Positions 1 to 11,899 of a stretch of DNA of 64,000 nucleotides are shown in pieces. The stretch lies in NCBI RefSeq assembly GCF_000026545.1, contig NC_011601.1; one strand, written 5' to 3'. Origin of the DNA: Escherichia coli O127:H6 str. E2348/69. GTDB lineage: Bacteria; Pseudomonadota; Gammaproteobacteria; Enterobacterales; Enterobacteriaceae. Each line of letters starts with the position of its first letter. Positions within the stretch are counted from its first letter, which is position 1. The notes beneath the pieces are model-generated. The model was not told the origin of the DNA and did no database searches. It saw only the letters and a program-made list of their open reading frames with translations. A program made the position numbers and the translations under genes.

Positions 1-2
1 CA

Positions 3-758
3 ACCGTTCCTCAGCACCTGGCAGGAAAGCCTGCTGATTGTCTGGCAGTTACCATGCAGGCGGCGCAATGGGGCATGAACCCGTTCGCTGTTGCGCAGAA
101 GACGCACGTTGTAAACGGAACTCTTGGCTATGAAGCACAACTGGTTAACGCCGTCGTGTCTTCTTCAAACCTGCTTTCAACTCGCCTGAATTACCGCTGG
201 GATGGTGACTGGTCAAAGGTGAATGGCAAGAGCGACAAATCACCATCACTGACCGTTACAGTATCGGCAGTACTGAAAGGCGAAGCAGAGCCGCGCGAGC
301 TTACCATCAGCATGGCTCAGGCAGGTGTCCGTAACTCTCCGCTGTGGGAACAGGATCCACGACAGCAGCTTGCTTACCTGTGCGTTAAGCGTTGGGCTCG
401 TCTGCATGCACCTGATGTTCTGCTCGGAGTATACACCCCTGACGAATTGCAGGAGACAACACCGCGTGTTGAGCGCGACATCACGCCATCTGCGGCAACG
501 GCTCAGGGCATGAACAGCCTGATCAACTCAAAACCAGAGCAGAAGCAGGAAGAGCGTCAGCAGCATAAAGACGATCGCGGTCCTGAAGAGATTTTGCACG
601 CATTTTCCGGCGCGGCGATGAACTACAACACCCAGGCTGACCTGGACAAAGCATACAAATACGTTGCCCAGAAACTGGCTGGTGATGATGACCTGCTGGC
701 AAAAGCAACCGATGTTTACACCATCCGTTGTGACGAACTGAACGAAGTACCGATGTAA
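3..758 (+). CDS. Bet/RecT-family single-strand annealing recombinase (phage), 5'-partial, continues upstream of window
   Basis: Frame is open from position 3 with no stop. Translation 'QWGMNPF...NSPLWEQDPRQQLAYLCVKRWARLHAPDVLLGVYTPDE' parallels lambda Bet 'QYGLNPW...GPWQSHPKRMLRHKAMIQCARLAFGFAGIYDKDE', compared from memory. Confidence 0.55.
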   Translation, partial: TVPQHLAGKPADCLAVTMQAAQWGMNPFAVAQKTHVVNGTLGYEAQLVNAVVSSSNLLSTRLNYRWDGDWSKVNGKSDKSPSLTVTVSAVLKGEAEPRELTISMAQAGVRNSPLWEQDPRQQLAYLCVKRWARLHAPDVLLGVYTPDELQETTPRVERDITPSAATAQGMNSLINSKPEQKQEERQQHKDDRGPEEILHAFSGAAMNYNTQADLDKAYKYVAQKLAGDDDLLAKATDVYTIRCDELNEVPM

Positions 759-801
759 TCACCACTGCGGCGCCACGCGCGCCGCAAATGCAAGAGAGGT
801 A

Positions 802-1053
802 ATGATGAAAAGAGCATTTGGCAAAAAGGAACTGATGGCAGTGGTGCCGGTATCGATGAGCACCATTGACCGCATGGAGCGCAATGGCGAGTTCCCGCAG
901 CGCTTCTGGATCACTGATAAACGTTGTGCATGGAATGCTGAAGAGGTTGAGAACTGGCTTGATGAGCGTCAGGCCACCAGCCCGGCAGAGTTCACCGGAA
1001 AAAAGCCGCCGGTTGATCAGCGTGTTTACCGCCCAGTAAGTAACGCCGCATGA
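802..1053 (+). CDS. AlpA-family phage HTH regulator/excisionase-like protein
   Basis: 83 aa; 'MSTIDRMERNGEFPQRFWITDKRCAWNAEEVENWLDER' fits the AlpA/MerR-type HTH pattern; strong SD 'agagagg' 3-9 nt upstream of the ATG. Confidence 0.6.
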   Translation: MMKRAFGKKELMAVVPVSMSTIDRMERNGEFPQRFWITDKRCAWNAEEVENWLDERQATSPAEFTGKKPPVDQRVYRPVSNAA

Positions 1054-1162
1054 CAGCGCTGATCAGGCACTGGGAAAAATGGTCAGGATGGTACTTATTC
1101 CTGACCGCCGTTTCCGCCTGGCTGTATCTGCTGGCGGTAATTTTCAGAGAAGGCTGGATCCG

Positions 1163-1462
1163 ATGAGCAAATTAACCCGTCTTGAAAAGTATCACCTGAA
1201 CTATGTGTCTCAGCGTCAGGCTTCAAAGGTTGTCGCCGTTACTCCGGCGGCGATAGAGGTAGAAAAGCGCGCTGTTGAGCGTGAATCGAAAGGCCAGTAC
1301 CGCATTGCAGCCCGACTCTGGTTGCTGTGTATGGATGTAGCGGTCGGTGAAGTGGAGCGCGCCAGAATAGCGATACGCCGTGATCAGTGCATATCAAAAG
1401 GTAACGGCCTGCGCCGAGGCGAATATGCAGGGATCGGATGTCGCGGGGTGGTGTATGACTAA
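1163..1462 (+). CDS. hypothetical phage protein (start chosen at internal Met of the 127-aa ORF)
   Basis: ORF only; no recognisable motif; sits in the same-strand gene array between the AlpA-like and ASCH genes. Confidence 0.3.
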   Translation: MSKLTRLEKYHLNYVSQRQASKVVAVTPAAIEVEKRAVERESKGQYRIAARLWLLCMDVAVGEVERARIAIRRDQCISKGNGLRRGEYAGIGCRGVVYD

Positions 1463-1613
1463 TCCTCACGACAATATCAGCGTCGGCAGTATCACGCTGG
1501 TTTATTCAGCTCTGCGCCGCGGGTGGCTTGTACCTGGCGGAAGTGTCATACAGAACCCATTAAAGGCTCAGCGCATTGCTGAGCTGATGAACAGCAAGAA
1601 GGTGGCGGCATGA
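1425..1613 (+). CDS. hypothetical small phage protein
   Basis: ORF whose stop overlaps the next start (ATGA at 1610-1613); start at internal Met 'MQGSDVAGW'. Confidence 0.3.
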   Translation: MQGSDVAGWCMTNPHDNISVGSITLVYSALRRGWLVPGGSVIQNPLKAQRIAELMNSKKVAA

Positions 1614-2323
1614 AAGAGCGCGGAATGATTTTTAACGGAGAGATGGTGCGCGCCCTGCTGGACGGACGGAAGACGCAGACGCGGAGACCTCTCAAATGGA
1701 AGCAAACTCGGTTTACTGAAATAGCTGAACGCGAAGACGGTAGCCATTGGCCGTGGAGTGAGGATGCAGAAAATGTGTGCGATTTCTGGCATCCATGCCC
1801 GTTCGGTGCCGTCGGCGATCGCATCTGGGTGCGGGAGACGTGGGGCGTAGTGAGTCATGAACTGGATGAAGACGGTCGCATTCAGCCATGGATCCCTGAC
1901 CGACCTGCCACAGCCATTCACGAGATGCCGTTTGGTAATGGCTACTATTCTGGTCACGCTATCTACGCCGCAGATGGTGATTTTACATGGGGTGATGATG
2001 ATGGTTATGAAGATGGTCGTTCGTGCTGGAAACCATCTATCCATATGCCACGCGCAGCATGTCGCATTCTGCTGGAGGTTACCGGCGTGCGGGTGGAGCG
2101 CTTGAACGCTATCAGCGAAGAGGATGCGCGAGCAGAAGGAATTATTGACGGTGGCTGTCTCAATTGCGGTGAACCTGAACCATGCGGTTGCGCTAATCCA
2201 GATCCTGACGCGACAGATGCCTTCGCTTACCTGTGGCAATCGATCTATGGGCAGGAAAACTGGAACGCGAACCCTTGGGTATGGGTCATCGAGTTCAAGC
2301 GCGTTGAAGGCGGTGCAGCATGA
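1610..2323 (+). CDS. ASCH-domain protein
   Basis: N-terminus 'MIFNGEMVRALLDGRKTQTRRP' and C-terminus 'WVWVIEFKRV' resemble the ASCH family (e.g. YqfB 'ILAGRKTITIR ... FYVIEFKCL', from memory); SD 'aaggtgg' upstream. Confidence 0.55.
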   Translation: MKERGMIFNGEMVRALLDGRKTQTRRPLKWKQTRFTEIAEREDGSHWPWSEDAENVCDFWHPCPFGAVGDRIWVRETWGVVSHELDEDGRIQPWIPDRPATAIHEMPFGNGYYSGHAIYAADGDFTWGDDDGYEDGRSCWKPSIHMPRAACRILLEVTGVRVERLNAISEEDARAEGIIDGGCLNCGEPEPCGCANPDPDATDAFAYLWQSIYGQENWNANPWVWVIEFKRVEGGAA

Positions 2324-2913
2324 ACGGTAAATACACTCTGATTTATGCTGATCCTCCTTGGTCATACCGCGACAAAGCAGCCGACGGCGAGCGCGGCGCC
2401 GGATTTAAATATCCGGTTATGAACGTGCTGGATATCTGTCGCCTGCCAGTGTGGGATCTTGCCGCCGACGATTGCCTACTGGCAATGTGGTGGGTTCCTA
2501 CTCAGCCGGTTGAGGCGTTGAAAGTGGTCGAATCGTGGGGCTTCAAGCTGATGACCATGAAGGGATTCACCTGGCACAAGACGAATAAGCACAAAGGTAA
2601 CAGCGCGATCGGCATGGGCCACATGACAAGGGCGAACAGCGAAGACTGCCTGTTTGCGGTGCGTGGGAAACTACCGGCCCGCATGGATGCGTCAATCTGC
2701 CAGCACGTCACGGCGCCGCGCATGGAAAACTCGCGCAAGCCTGACATCATCCGCGAAAAACTGGTGCAGTTGCTGGGCGATGTTCCGCGCATTGAGCTAT
2801 TCGCCCGCCAGTCGTCACATGGTTTCGACGTATGGGGCAATCAGTGCGAAGGCCCGTCGGTGCAGTTGCTACCAGGCTGCTCTGTTCCGGTTGTAAGGAC
2901 GGAGGCAGCATGA
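2320..2913 (+). CDS. MT-A70 family DNA N6-adenine methyltransferase (orphan)
   Basis: 'YADPPWSY' DPPW catalytic motif near the N-terminus; 197 aa; start overlaps the ASCH stop (ATGA). No restriction endonuclease gene nearby. Confidence 0.7.
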   Translation: MNGKYTLIYADPPWSYRDKAADGERGAGFKYPVMNVLDICRLPVWDLAADDCLLAMWWVPTQPVEALKVVESWGFKLMTMKGFTWHKTNKHKGNSAIGMGHMTRANSEDCLFAVRGKLPARMDASICQHVTAPRMENSRKPDIIREKLVQLLGDVPRIELFARQSSHGFDVWGNQCEGPSVQLLPGCSVPVVRTEAA

Positions 2914-3089
2914 CAATGTTCAATGAGGCGGAGTTAATCCGCCAACTGGAAGAACAGCGCGCTGTGATTGTGCAGAAAAGTGCTCAAGTTAACTGGTTGC
3001 AAACTGAAAACAGTGTTTTGCACAAGAAATGTGAAGAACTGCAAATGACAGTTGATCTACAGCGAGAATTTATACAATCCAGAAATTAA
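2910..3089 (+). CDS. hypothetical small protein
   Basis: Start at internal 'MTMFNEAELIRQLEEQ' with SD 'aggacggagg'; overlaps the integrase stop by 4 nt. Confidence 0.3.
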   Translation: MTMFNEAELIRQLEEQRAVIVQKSAQVNWLQTENSVLHKKCEELQMTVDLQREFIQSRN

Positions 3090-4339
3090 TCACCTTCACT
3101 CATCCATCGCTCAAACTTCGACGGGGAGAATGGCACCAGATCGGTGTGCTCCCCGCTAATCCAGGCATCAACCATATCTGCCCACTGCTGCAACATGTAG
3201 GCGCGCTGCCTGGCGTACTCCGCTTTGTTGTATACCGCACGCACTCCCTTTTGCTCATGCGCCAGCGCCTTTTCAATCCAGTCTGATGGATAACCAGCCT
3301 CATGCAACAGCGTACTGGCTGTGCGGCGCAGGTCGTGCACAGAGAATTCATCAAGATGCCCACCAGCCTCGCTCACCGCTTCGACGGTGGTATTGATCAG
3401 CCTGTTCAGTGCGCCATTGGATAACGGCTTGCTAACCGAATAGCGCCCGGGCAAAAGGTAATCACTTCCACCAGCGCACATCTGCAGGCCAACAATGAGA
3501 TCCTGCGCCTGCTTTGGCAGATAGATAACGTGTGACCGGCTTCCCTTCATTCGTTCCGCCGGTATCGTCCATGTCCATTTTTTGAAATCGATTTCTGACC
3601 ATGTGGCGTTGGTGAACTCGCTTTTGCGAACCAGGGTGAGCAGCACCAGTTTTAATGCCAGTTTCATTGTGGCCATAGCCCCGACATTATCCAGCGCCCG
3701 GAAGAATACGCCTATCTCTTCAGGTTGCAGCGTGCGGTCGCGCGGCTTGAACATGGCTATTGATGAAGGCTTGATATCAGCAGCAGGATTAAACAGGCCA
3801 TGCCCGCGATCATTAGCGTGACGGTATACACTGCTGATTATCTCTCTGGCTTGCACTGCCGTAGCCCGGCCTCCACGTTCAACAATGCGATCGCACAGGT
3901 CACGCACCATGCCGGTGGTTATCTCAGCCATCATTTTGTTACCCAGCACCGGCATGATGTCGCGATCGATAACGGCCTGTTTCATCGCCCGGGTACTGTC
4001 AGCCAGAATGACGTGCTTCATATAGCTGTCGGTATGTACCGCGAAGGTTTCAGCACCACGGATCTTTTTGATACCGTCACGTTTCGCCGCAGCTGGCGAC
4101 TGGCCTGCCTTTAACAGTTTTTTGGCAGCAATGAGTTCTTCTCGTGCTTCCGCCAGGCTGATACCGTCACGACCGTACTGACCGATGACCAGCGTTTCCC
4201 GGCGCCCGTTAATGCGGTAGTCGTACCGGAAAGAGACAGAACCGGAAGTAAGCACCGCAACATACAGCCCGTCACGATCCGAAACCTTATACAGTTTGTC
4301 CTGCGGCTTGAGGTTTTTCAGTTTGGTATCAGTAAGCAC
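3086..4339 (-). CDS. int: P4-type tyrosine integrase (site-specific recombinase), GTG start
   Basis: 417 aa; N-terminal 'LTDTKLKNLKP...DGLYVAV' arm-binding type domain; C-terminal 'HDLRRTASTLLHEAGY...VRAVYNKAEY' contains the H-x-x-R ... Y catalytic signature. Confidence 0.85.
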   Translation of the reverse strand: MLTDTKLKNLKPQDKLYKVSDRDGLYVAVLTSGSVSFRYDYRINGRRETLVIGQYGRDGISLAEAREELIAAKKLLKAGQSPAAAKRDGIKKIRGAETFAVHTDSYMKHVILADSTRAMKQAVIDRDIMPVLGNKMMAEITTGMVRDLCDRIVERGGRATAVQAREIISSVYRHANDRGHGLFNPAADIKPSSIAMFKPRDRTLQPEEIGVFFRALDNVGAMATMKLALKLVLLTLVRKSEFTNATWSEIDFKKWTWTIPAERMKGSRSHVIYLPKQAQDLIVGLQMCAGGSDYLLPGRYSVSKPLSNGALNRLINTTVEAVSEAGGHLDEFSVHDLRRTASTLLHEAGYPSDWIEKALAHEQKGVRAVYNKAEYARQRAYMLQQWADMVDAWISGEHTDLVPFSPSKFERWMSEGD

Positions 4340-4463
4340 AATTCACCCGTAAAGCATCCATGGTTTGACGGTATGAAGAGTATACCTTTAAGGTAATACC
4401 GTCACCTGTACCGATGAAAAATGTGAGATAGAGTGAATAGATATGATGTGATATAAAGAAAAA

Positions 4464-4490
4464 CCCTCTGTAAAAACAGAGGGTTGATTG
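4464..4490 (-). terminator. guaA intrinsic terminator
   Basis: Hairpin ccctctg/cagaggg (4464-4483) followed on the minus strand by a T-run. Confidence 0.6.
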
Positions 4491-4531
4491 CATAACTGAA
4501 TAGAAATGATTAGCTGTGAGTTAGCTGTACA

Positions 4532-6109
4532 TCATTCCCACTCAATAGTTGCTGGTGGCTTGCCGCTGATGTCATACACCACGCGGGAAATACCATTCAC
4601 TTCATTGATAATGCGGTTGGAAACGCGACCGAGGAAATCGTACGGCAGATGTGCCCAGTGTGCGGTCATAAAGTCGATGGTTTCGACAGCACGCAGAGAA
4701 ACAACCCAGTCATACTTACGACCATCGCCCATTACGCCAACGGAACGTACTGGCAGGAAGACGGTGAACGCCTGGCTGACTTTGTCGTACAGGTCCGCTT
4801 TACGCAGTTCTTCAATGAAGATGGCGTCAGCACGGCGCAGCAGGTCACAATACTCTTTCTTCACTTCTCCCAGAACACGAACGCCAAGGCCTGGTCCCGG
4901 GAACGGGTGACGGTACAACATGTCATACGGTAGGCCCAGCTCCAGACCAATCTTACGCACTTCGTCTTTGAACAGCTCTTTCAGCGGTTCAACCAGGCCC
5001 ATCTTCATCTCTTTCGGCAGGCCACCCACGTTGTGGTGAGATTTGATGACGTGTGCTTTACCGGTTGCAGAAGCAGCAGATTCGATAACGTCAGGGTAGA
5101 TGGTGCCCTGCGCCAGCCACTTCACGTCTTCCAGTTTCAGCGCTTCTTCATCGAATACTTCAACGAAAACGCGCCCGATGATTTTACGTTTTGCTTCCGG
5201 ATCATTTTCGCCAGCCAGCGCTGACAAGAAGCGATCTTCTGCCGGTACGTGAACAATATTCAGACCAAAGTGATCGCCAAACATATCCAGAACCTGCTCT
5301 GCTTCGTTGAGACGCAGCAGGCCGTTGTCGACGAATACGCAAGTCAGGTTTTTACCGATAGCGCGGTGCAACAGCATTGCGGTTACGGAGGAATCCACGC
5401 CACCAGAGAGGCCGAGGATGACTTTATCGTCACCGACCTGCTCGCGGATGCGGGCTACAGCGTCGTCGATAATTTTCGCGGGCGTCCACAGGGCTTCACA
5501 CTGGCAGATATCACGCACAAAACGCTCCAGCATGCGCATACCCTGGCGGGTGTGAGTCACTTCCGGGTGGAACTGTACGCCATAGAAGCGTTTTTCTTCG
5601 TTGGCCATGATGGCAAACGGGCAGCTTTCGGTGCTGGCTACGGTGACAAAGTCGGACGGGATAGCGGTAACTTTATCGCCGTGGCTCATCCAAACGTCCA
5701 GCAGCGGTTTACCATCTGCGGTCAGCGCATCTTCGATACCGCGAACCAGTGCGCTGTCGTTTACGACTTCAACCTGCGCGTAGCCAAATTCACGTTCATT
5801 AGAGGCCTCAACGTGACCGCCCAACTGCATCGCCATGGTCTGCATGCCATAGCAAATGCCGAATACCGGTACGCCTGCTTCAAAGACATACTGCGGCGCA
5901 CGCGGGCTGTTTTCTTCGGTGGTGCTTTCCGGGCCGCCGGAAAGAATAATGCCGCTTGGATTGAAGTCACGAATTTGTGCTTCTGTCACATCCCACGCCC
6001 ACAGTTCGCAGTAAACACCCAGCTCACGCACGCGGCGCGCAACCAGTTGAGTGTACTGAGAACCGAAGTCCAGAATGAGGATGCGATGCTTATGAATGTT
6101 TTCCGTCAT
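4532..6109 (-). CDS. guaA: GMP synthase (glutamine-hydrolysing)
   Basis: 525 aa; '[36 protein letters not shown]...' recognised as E. coli GuaA. Confidence 0.97.
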   Translation of the reverse strand: MTENIHKHRILILDFGSQYTQLVARRVRELGVYCELWAWDVTEAQIRDFNPSGIILSGGPESTTEENSPRAPQYVFEAGVPVFGICYGMQTMAMQLGGHVEASNEREFGYAQVEVVNDSALVRGIEDALTADGKPLLDVWMSHGDKVTAIPSDFVTVASTESCPFAIMANEEKRFYGVQFHPEVTHTRQGMRMLERFVRDICQCEALWTPAKIIDDAVARIREQVGDDKVILGLSGGVDSSVTAMLLHRAIGKNLTCVFVDNGLLRLNEAEQVLDMFGDHFGLNIVHVPAEDRFLSALAGENDPEAKRKIIGRVFVEVFDEEALKLEDVKWLAQGTIYPDVIESAASATGKAHVIKSHHNVGGLPKEMKMGLVEPLKELFKDEVRKIGLELGLPYDMLYRHPFPGPGLGVRVLGEVKKEYCDLLRRADAIFIEELRKADLYDKVSQAFTVFLPVRSVGVMGDGRKYDWVVSLRAVETIDFMTAHWAHLPYDFLGRVSNRIINEVNGISRVVYDISGKPPATIEWE

Positions 6110-6177
6110 TGACGCTTATTCCGAGGCAAGTGAAACAGATAATATAAATCGCCCGACATGAAGTCGGGCGAAGAGAA

Positions 6178-7644
6178 TCAGGAGCCCAGACGGTAGTTCG
6201 GGGACTCTTTAGTAATGGTCACGTCGTGAACGTGGCTTTCCTGAATGCCCGCACCGCTGATACGTACAAACTCCGCTTTAGTACGCAGTTCGTCGATAGT
6301 ACCACAGCCGGTCAGGCCCATACAGGAGCGCAGGCCGCCCATCTGCTGGTGAATGATCTCTTTCAGGCGACCTTTATAGGCTACGCGACCTTCGATACCT
6401 TCCGGCACCAGTTTGTCGGCAGCGTTGTCGCTCTGGAAGTAACGGTCAGAAGAACCTTTGGACATCGCGCCCAGGGAACCCATACCACGGTAAGATTTGT
6501 AAGAACGGCCCTGGTAGAGTTCGATTTCCCCCGGAGATTCTTCAGTACCCGCCAGCATGGAACCTACCATCACCGCGCTTGCGCCAGCGGCGATAGCTTT
6601 GGCGATATCGCCTGAGAAACGGATACCGCCGTCAGCGATAACCGGAATGCCGGTACCTTCCAGGGCTTCTACTGCATCAGCAACGGCGGTGATCTGCGGA
6701 ACACCGACGCCAGTCACGATACGCGTCGTACAGATAGAACCAGGGCCGATACCCACTTTAACGGCACTGCAACCGGCTTCTGCCAGCGCACGGGCACCTG
6801 CAGCAGTTGCCACGTTGCCGCCGATGATTTGCAGGTCAGGATATTTAGCGCGAGTTTCACGGATACGCTGCAGAACACCTTCAGAGTGACCGTGAGAGGA
6901 GTCGATCAGCAGAACGTCAACGCCTGCGGCAACCAGCGCATCAACACGCTCTTCGTTACCAGCGCCAGCGCCAACCGCTGCACCTACACGCAGACGGCCT
7001 TGTTCGTCTTTACACGCGTTCGGTTTACGTTCCGCTTTCTGGAAGTCCTTCACAGTGATCATGCCGATCAGGTGGAATTCATCATCAACCACCAGCGCTT
7101 TTTCAACGCGTTTTTCGTGCATTTTTGCCAGCACCACTTCACGGGCTTCGCCTTCACGCACGGTTACCAGACGCTCTTTCGGCGTCATGTAAACGCTAAC
7201 CGGCTGGCTCAAGTCGGTCACAAAACGCACGTCACGACCGGTGATAATGCCGACCAGTTCGTTTTCTTCGGTAACAACCGGGTAGCCAGCAAAGCCGTTA
7301 CGCTCGGTCAGTTCTTTCACTTCACGCAGCGTCGTGGTTGGCAGTACGGTCTGCGGATCGGTTACCACGCCAGATTCGTGTTTTTTCACACGGCGAACTT
7401 CTTCTGCCTGGCGTTCAATGGACATGTTTTTGTGGATAAAGCCGATACCGCCTTCCTGAGCCAGAGCAATAGCCAGGCGCGCTTCCGTTACGGTATCCAT
7501 TGCTGCGGAAAGCATAGGGATATTCAGACGAATAGTTTTCGTCAGCTGGGTGCTGAGGTCAGCAGTATTCGGCAGAACGGTAGAATGTGCAGGAACGAGG
7601 AGAACGTCGTCAAACGTCAGAGCTTCTTTAGCGATACGTAGCAT
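6178..7644 (-). CDS. guaB: IMP dehydrogenase
   Basis: '[21 protein letters not shown]...' recognised as E. coli GuaB; start set at the internal Met to give 488 aa. Confidence 0.95.
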   Translation of the reverse strand: MLRIAKEALTFDDVLLVPAHSTVLPNTADLSTQLTKTIRLNIPMLSAAMDTVTEARLAIALAQEGGIGFIHKNMSIERQAEEVRRVKKHESGVVTDPQTVLPTTTLREVKELTERNGFAGYPVVTEENELVGIITGRDVRFVTDLSQPVSVYMTPKERLVTVREGEAREVVLAKMHEKRVEKALVVDDEFHLIGMITVKDFQKAERKPNACKDEQGRLRVGAAVGAGAGNEERVDALVAAGVDVLLIDSSHGHSEGVLQRIRETRAKYPDLQIIGGNVATAAGARALAEAGCSAVKVGIGPGSICTTRIVTGVGVPQITAVADAVEALEGTGIPVIADGGIRFSGDIAKAIAAGASAVMVGSMLAGTEESPGEIELYQGRSYKSYRGMGSLGAMSKGSSDRYFQSDNAADKLVPEGIEGRVAYKGRLKEIIHQQMGGLRSCMGLTGCGTIDELRTKAEFVRISGAGIQESHVHDVTITKESPNYRLGS

Positions 7645-9391
<1,747 letters not shown>

Positions 9392-9454
9392 CAGAGTTTC
9401 CTGCGTTTTTAATGACGATGTCAAACATTAGCACATGTTTACCAGCATTAAAAA

Positions 9455-9486
9455 CCGCCCCATGTAAACACATGGGAGCGGTTTTC
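9455..9486. terminator. Bidirectional intrinsic terminator between yfgJ and the adhesin island
   Basis: Imperfect hairpin ccgccccatgt/acatgggagcgg flanked by an A-run and a T-run. Confidence 0.5.
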
Positions 9487-9507
9487 TACTACTTACTTAA
9501 CAATGAA

Positions 9508-11811
9508 TTACTGGGCGCAAATCTGGAGAGATGACTGGGCGCCGTACTCTAATCCTCCCGTCAGCATATTCATCCATTGAGTAATGGAAGTCGGATTATT
9601 AGTCCAGTACCCTTTATTGCCGTTCCCCGCAGGCCATCCACCTTTCAGATAATATACATGCAGAAAATCAACTTCAGCGCGAAGCGCACTTAAATCGGCA
9701 ACTGTCGGGTATTTATCTGCGGCACAACCACCACTACCTATAGCTGCTTGCGATGACGTTACCATTGCCCAGTTTTCTGCGACCTGCATACCTAACCGAT
9801 CGCTTGCAAACTTATATGAATCCCCCGCATTTGGTAATTCACTAAAAAGTTTCGGGCGATTAAATGTCCGACCATTCAGCGTTAACGTATCTTCCATATA
9901 CCCCCAAAACTCAGCGTCAGGCGTATCCGGGCTGGTAATTGTCTCAAAAATGACTGGCATTGATCCTTGAGCTGTTCGCTCACTCAGATCCGACTTGTCA
10001 TTCTGGATATATATATCGTGGAGGCTTCCCAAACCGTTTGTATTTTGTGCCAATGTAAATTCAAAGAAACCAGACTTATCCGCTGTCGCATAATAATACC
10101 TCATCTCATCAATACTATGAGTCTTTTGCGTACTATTGACTATAGTCATATCGGCAACCCCACTCTTATTCCCCTGACGGCTTATTGGATAACGATATGT
10201 CATTGTTCCCGGTGCATATGGAACACCTTTCCCACTACCATCCACAGCCTGAAGACGGACCTTCACTGACTGTTTACCAACTGTTTTCCCTTTGAATGCG
10301 TTAAAAGTACCTCTACTGTTACTTCCATGGTTGAAACCAACAACTGAAACCATATCCGACGGATTTATAAGCTTATATTTCGTAATTTTCGGATTCGTAG
10401 TCTGCTGGCACATTACCAAAAAGCCGTTTACTGTTACTGGATCAGGGACAAACTGATCAGAAGTCGTGCTTCTATTACTCAGATTAACCATCAGGAAATT
10501 ACGACTACTAACAACGGCTGAGTCTGACGTTTTTGAATGGTAGTTAGCGCTTACAGGCAAACCTGTTTTGGCCTTCACCCCATCAGGATAAGCATCGATC
10601 AACGAGTTCAGGTTCTGTTGCGTTGGAACATTGAGTGATCCTCCAGGGCCACATCCCCCCCTTTTCTCAACCGCTGTTTCAAGGTGATTATTCCTGACCA
10701 GAACCCAGGATTCATTTGATTCTAAGACACTCTTAAAGGGGTTTTGTACCTCAGTAGCAAGTCTGGGGCGCTTAAACACAATACCGTTACTGGCCTTAAA
10801 CGTTTCACTCATATGGCCCCACATATTGGCGAGCGTGCTGTCCGGGCTGGTGATCACGGTAAAAGTGACATCTTGCGTCAAGGGAGTACTCATGCCGGTA
10901 GCAGTAATGTACAGCGGTGTTTTTACCCCTATCCCCTCATTTTGCGTTACCGCGATGGTCGCGATGCCACCTTCCCCCGTTACCCCTTTGTATTCCGTGG
11001 TGGTGTCGGTCATAACTGTACCGCCCAGCGAAACGGGGGCACCAGTATCATTTGCAACATTCTGACGGTTAGTGGGTACGCCGCGCCTAACAGTAAAAGG
11101 CGTGCCCGCTTTCAGATTGCCATCACAATCTTTCACCGTCAGAGTCAACGTAATGGTCTCCCCAACTTTCGCTTTCGCTGCACTTATGCTGGCGGCAATC
11201 GGCGTTGCCACCGCAGCCGCCACATTCAACGGGAATTTGGTATTCGCTAACGACACAGGCCCATTATCCGGTACACCTGATGTGGTATGCAGTAACAGCG
11301 TTGCCGCACTATTGCTATCGACTTTTGGCCACACTACTAACTGCCCGGAAAGATTTTGCTCACAAAAAGAGAGGGCTATATTCGGTTGTGGATTGAGGGG
11401 CTCATTGGGTTTATCCGCTTTAGCCCAGACCAGACTGACATCTGGGGCAACATCATTTAGCCATGAGAGCTGTGGTATATCATCAAAACGATCCCCTTCG
11501 GCATCTGATGGATTCGTCAGATACAGTTTTTCCGGTGTCGTGTCAGCACTGAATGCTTTCGGCAATGCCGTTGCAACAATGGCAGTCGTAGTTGCAGGAT
11601 CAAGTTTCGTACTTCCCTGATATACTGGAACAGACACACTTTCTGCCGTCGGCGGTGTACCGTTAAGCTTACCTGTGGTTTGGTTCTCGCTTTGCCATAT
11701 GCCAGAGTTATCGGCCTGCACAGGAAAAGCAGCACACATTGATAACAGGATGCAGCTAACGCTGGTTTTTAATCTAAAATTCCCTTCCATGAGTGATCCC
11801 GCTGTAGTCAT
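9508..11811 (-). CDS. Secreted Ig-like (Big) domain protein, RatA-like; start ambiguous (11790, 11811 or TTG at 11823)
   Basis: Signal peptide 'LKTSVSCILLSMCAAFPVQA'; Big-like segment 'TLTLTVKDCDGNLKAGTPFTVRRG'; internal duplication of a ~130-aa domain ('MWGHMSETFKASNGIVFKRPRL...' and 'FWGYMEDTLTLNGRTFNRPKL...'). Confidence 0.65.
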   Translation of the reverse strand: MTTAGSLMEGNFRLKTSVSCILLSMCAAFPVQADNSGIWQSENQTTGKLNGTPPTAESVSVPVYQGSTKLDPATTTAIVATALPKAFSADTTPEKLYLTNPSDAEGDRFDDIPQLSWLNDVAPDVSLVWAKADKPNEPLNPQPNIALSFCEQNLSGQLVVWPKVDSNSAATLLLHTTSGVPDNGPVSLANTKFPLNVAAAVATPIAASISAAKAKVGETITLTLTVKDCDGNLKAGTPFTVRRGVPTNRQNVANDTGAPVSLGGTVMTDTTTEYKGVTGEGGIATIAVTQNEGIGVKTPLYITATGMSTPLTQDVTFTVITSPDSTLANMWGHMSETFKASNGIVFKRPRLATEVQNPFKSVLESNESWVLVRNNHLETAVEKRGGCGPGGSLNVPTQQNLNSLIDAYPDGVKAKTGLPVSANYHSKTSDSAVVSSRNFLMVNLSNRSTTSDQFVPDPVTVNGFLVMCQQTTNPKITKYKLINPSDMVSVVGFNHGSNSRGTFNAFKGKTVGKQSVKVRLQAVDGSGKGVPYAPGTMTYRYPISRQGNKSGVADMTIVNSTQKTHSIDEMRYYYATADKSGFFEFTLAQNTNGLGSLHDIYIQNDKSDLSERTAQGSMPVIFETITSPDTPDAEFWGYMEDTLTLNGRTFNRPKLFSELPNAGDSYKFASDRLGMQVAENWAMVTSSQAAIGSGGCAADKYPTVADLSALRAEVDFLHVYYLKGGWPAGNGNKGYWTNNPTSITQWMNMLTGGLEYGAQSSLQICAQ

Positions 11812-11899
11812 TATCTGGTTCAATATACTTTGCTTAATGGTTGATTAAGCAAAGTATGCTGGTAATGCCACTCCCCGAAGGAAGTGGCATTGGGCATAA

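Larger units (their letters stand above)
1..4531. mobile_element. Terminal ~4.5 kb of a prophage-like integrative element inserted at the 3' end of guaA; far boundary lies outside the window
   Basis: Phage recombinase, AlpA, methyltransferase and integrase genes directly abut the guaA terminator. The attachment site is probably in 4340..4531 but is not determinable from one junction. Confidence 0.6.

Noticed and set aside
5249-6112. 287-aa plus-strand ORF antisense to guaA, and similar long antisense ORFs in guaB (6829..7641), yfhM (35219..35809), iscS (47627..48505), trmJ (49255..49914), suhB (50291..50941) and yphD (57667..58497)
   Set aside because: Fully contained in well-recognised housekeeping genes on the opposite strand; amino-acid composition is typical of antisense read-through of high-GC codons.
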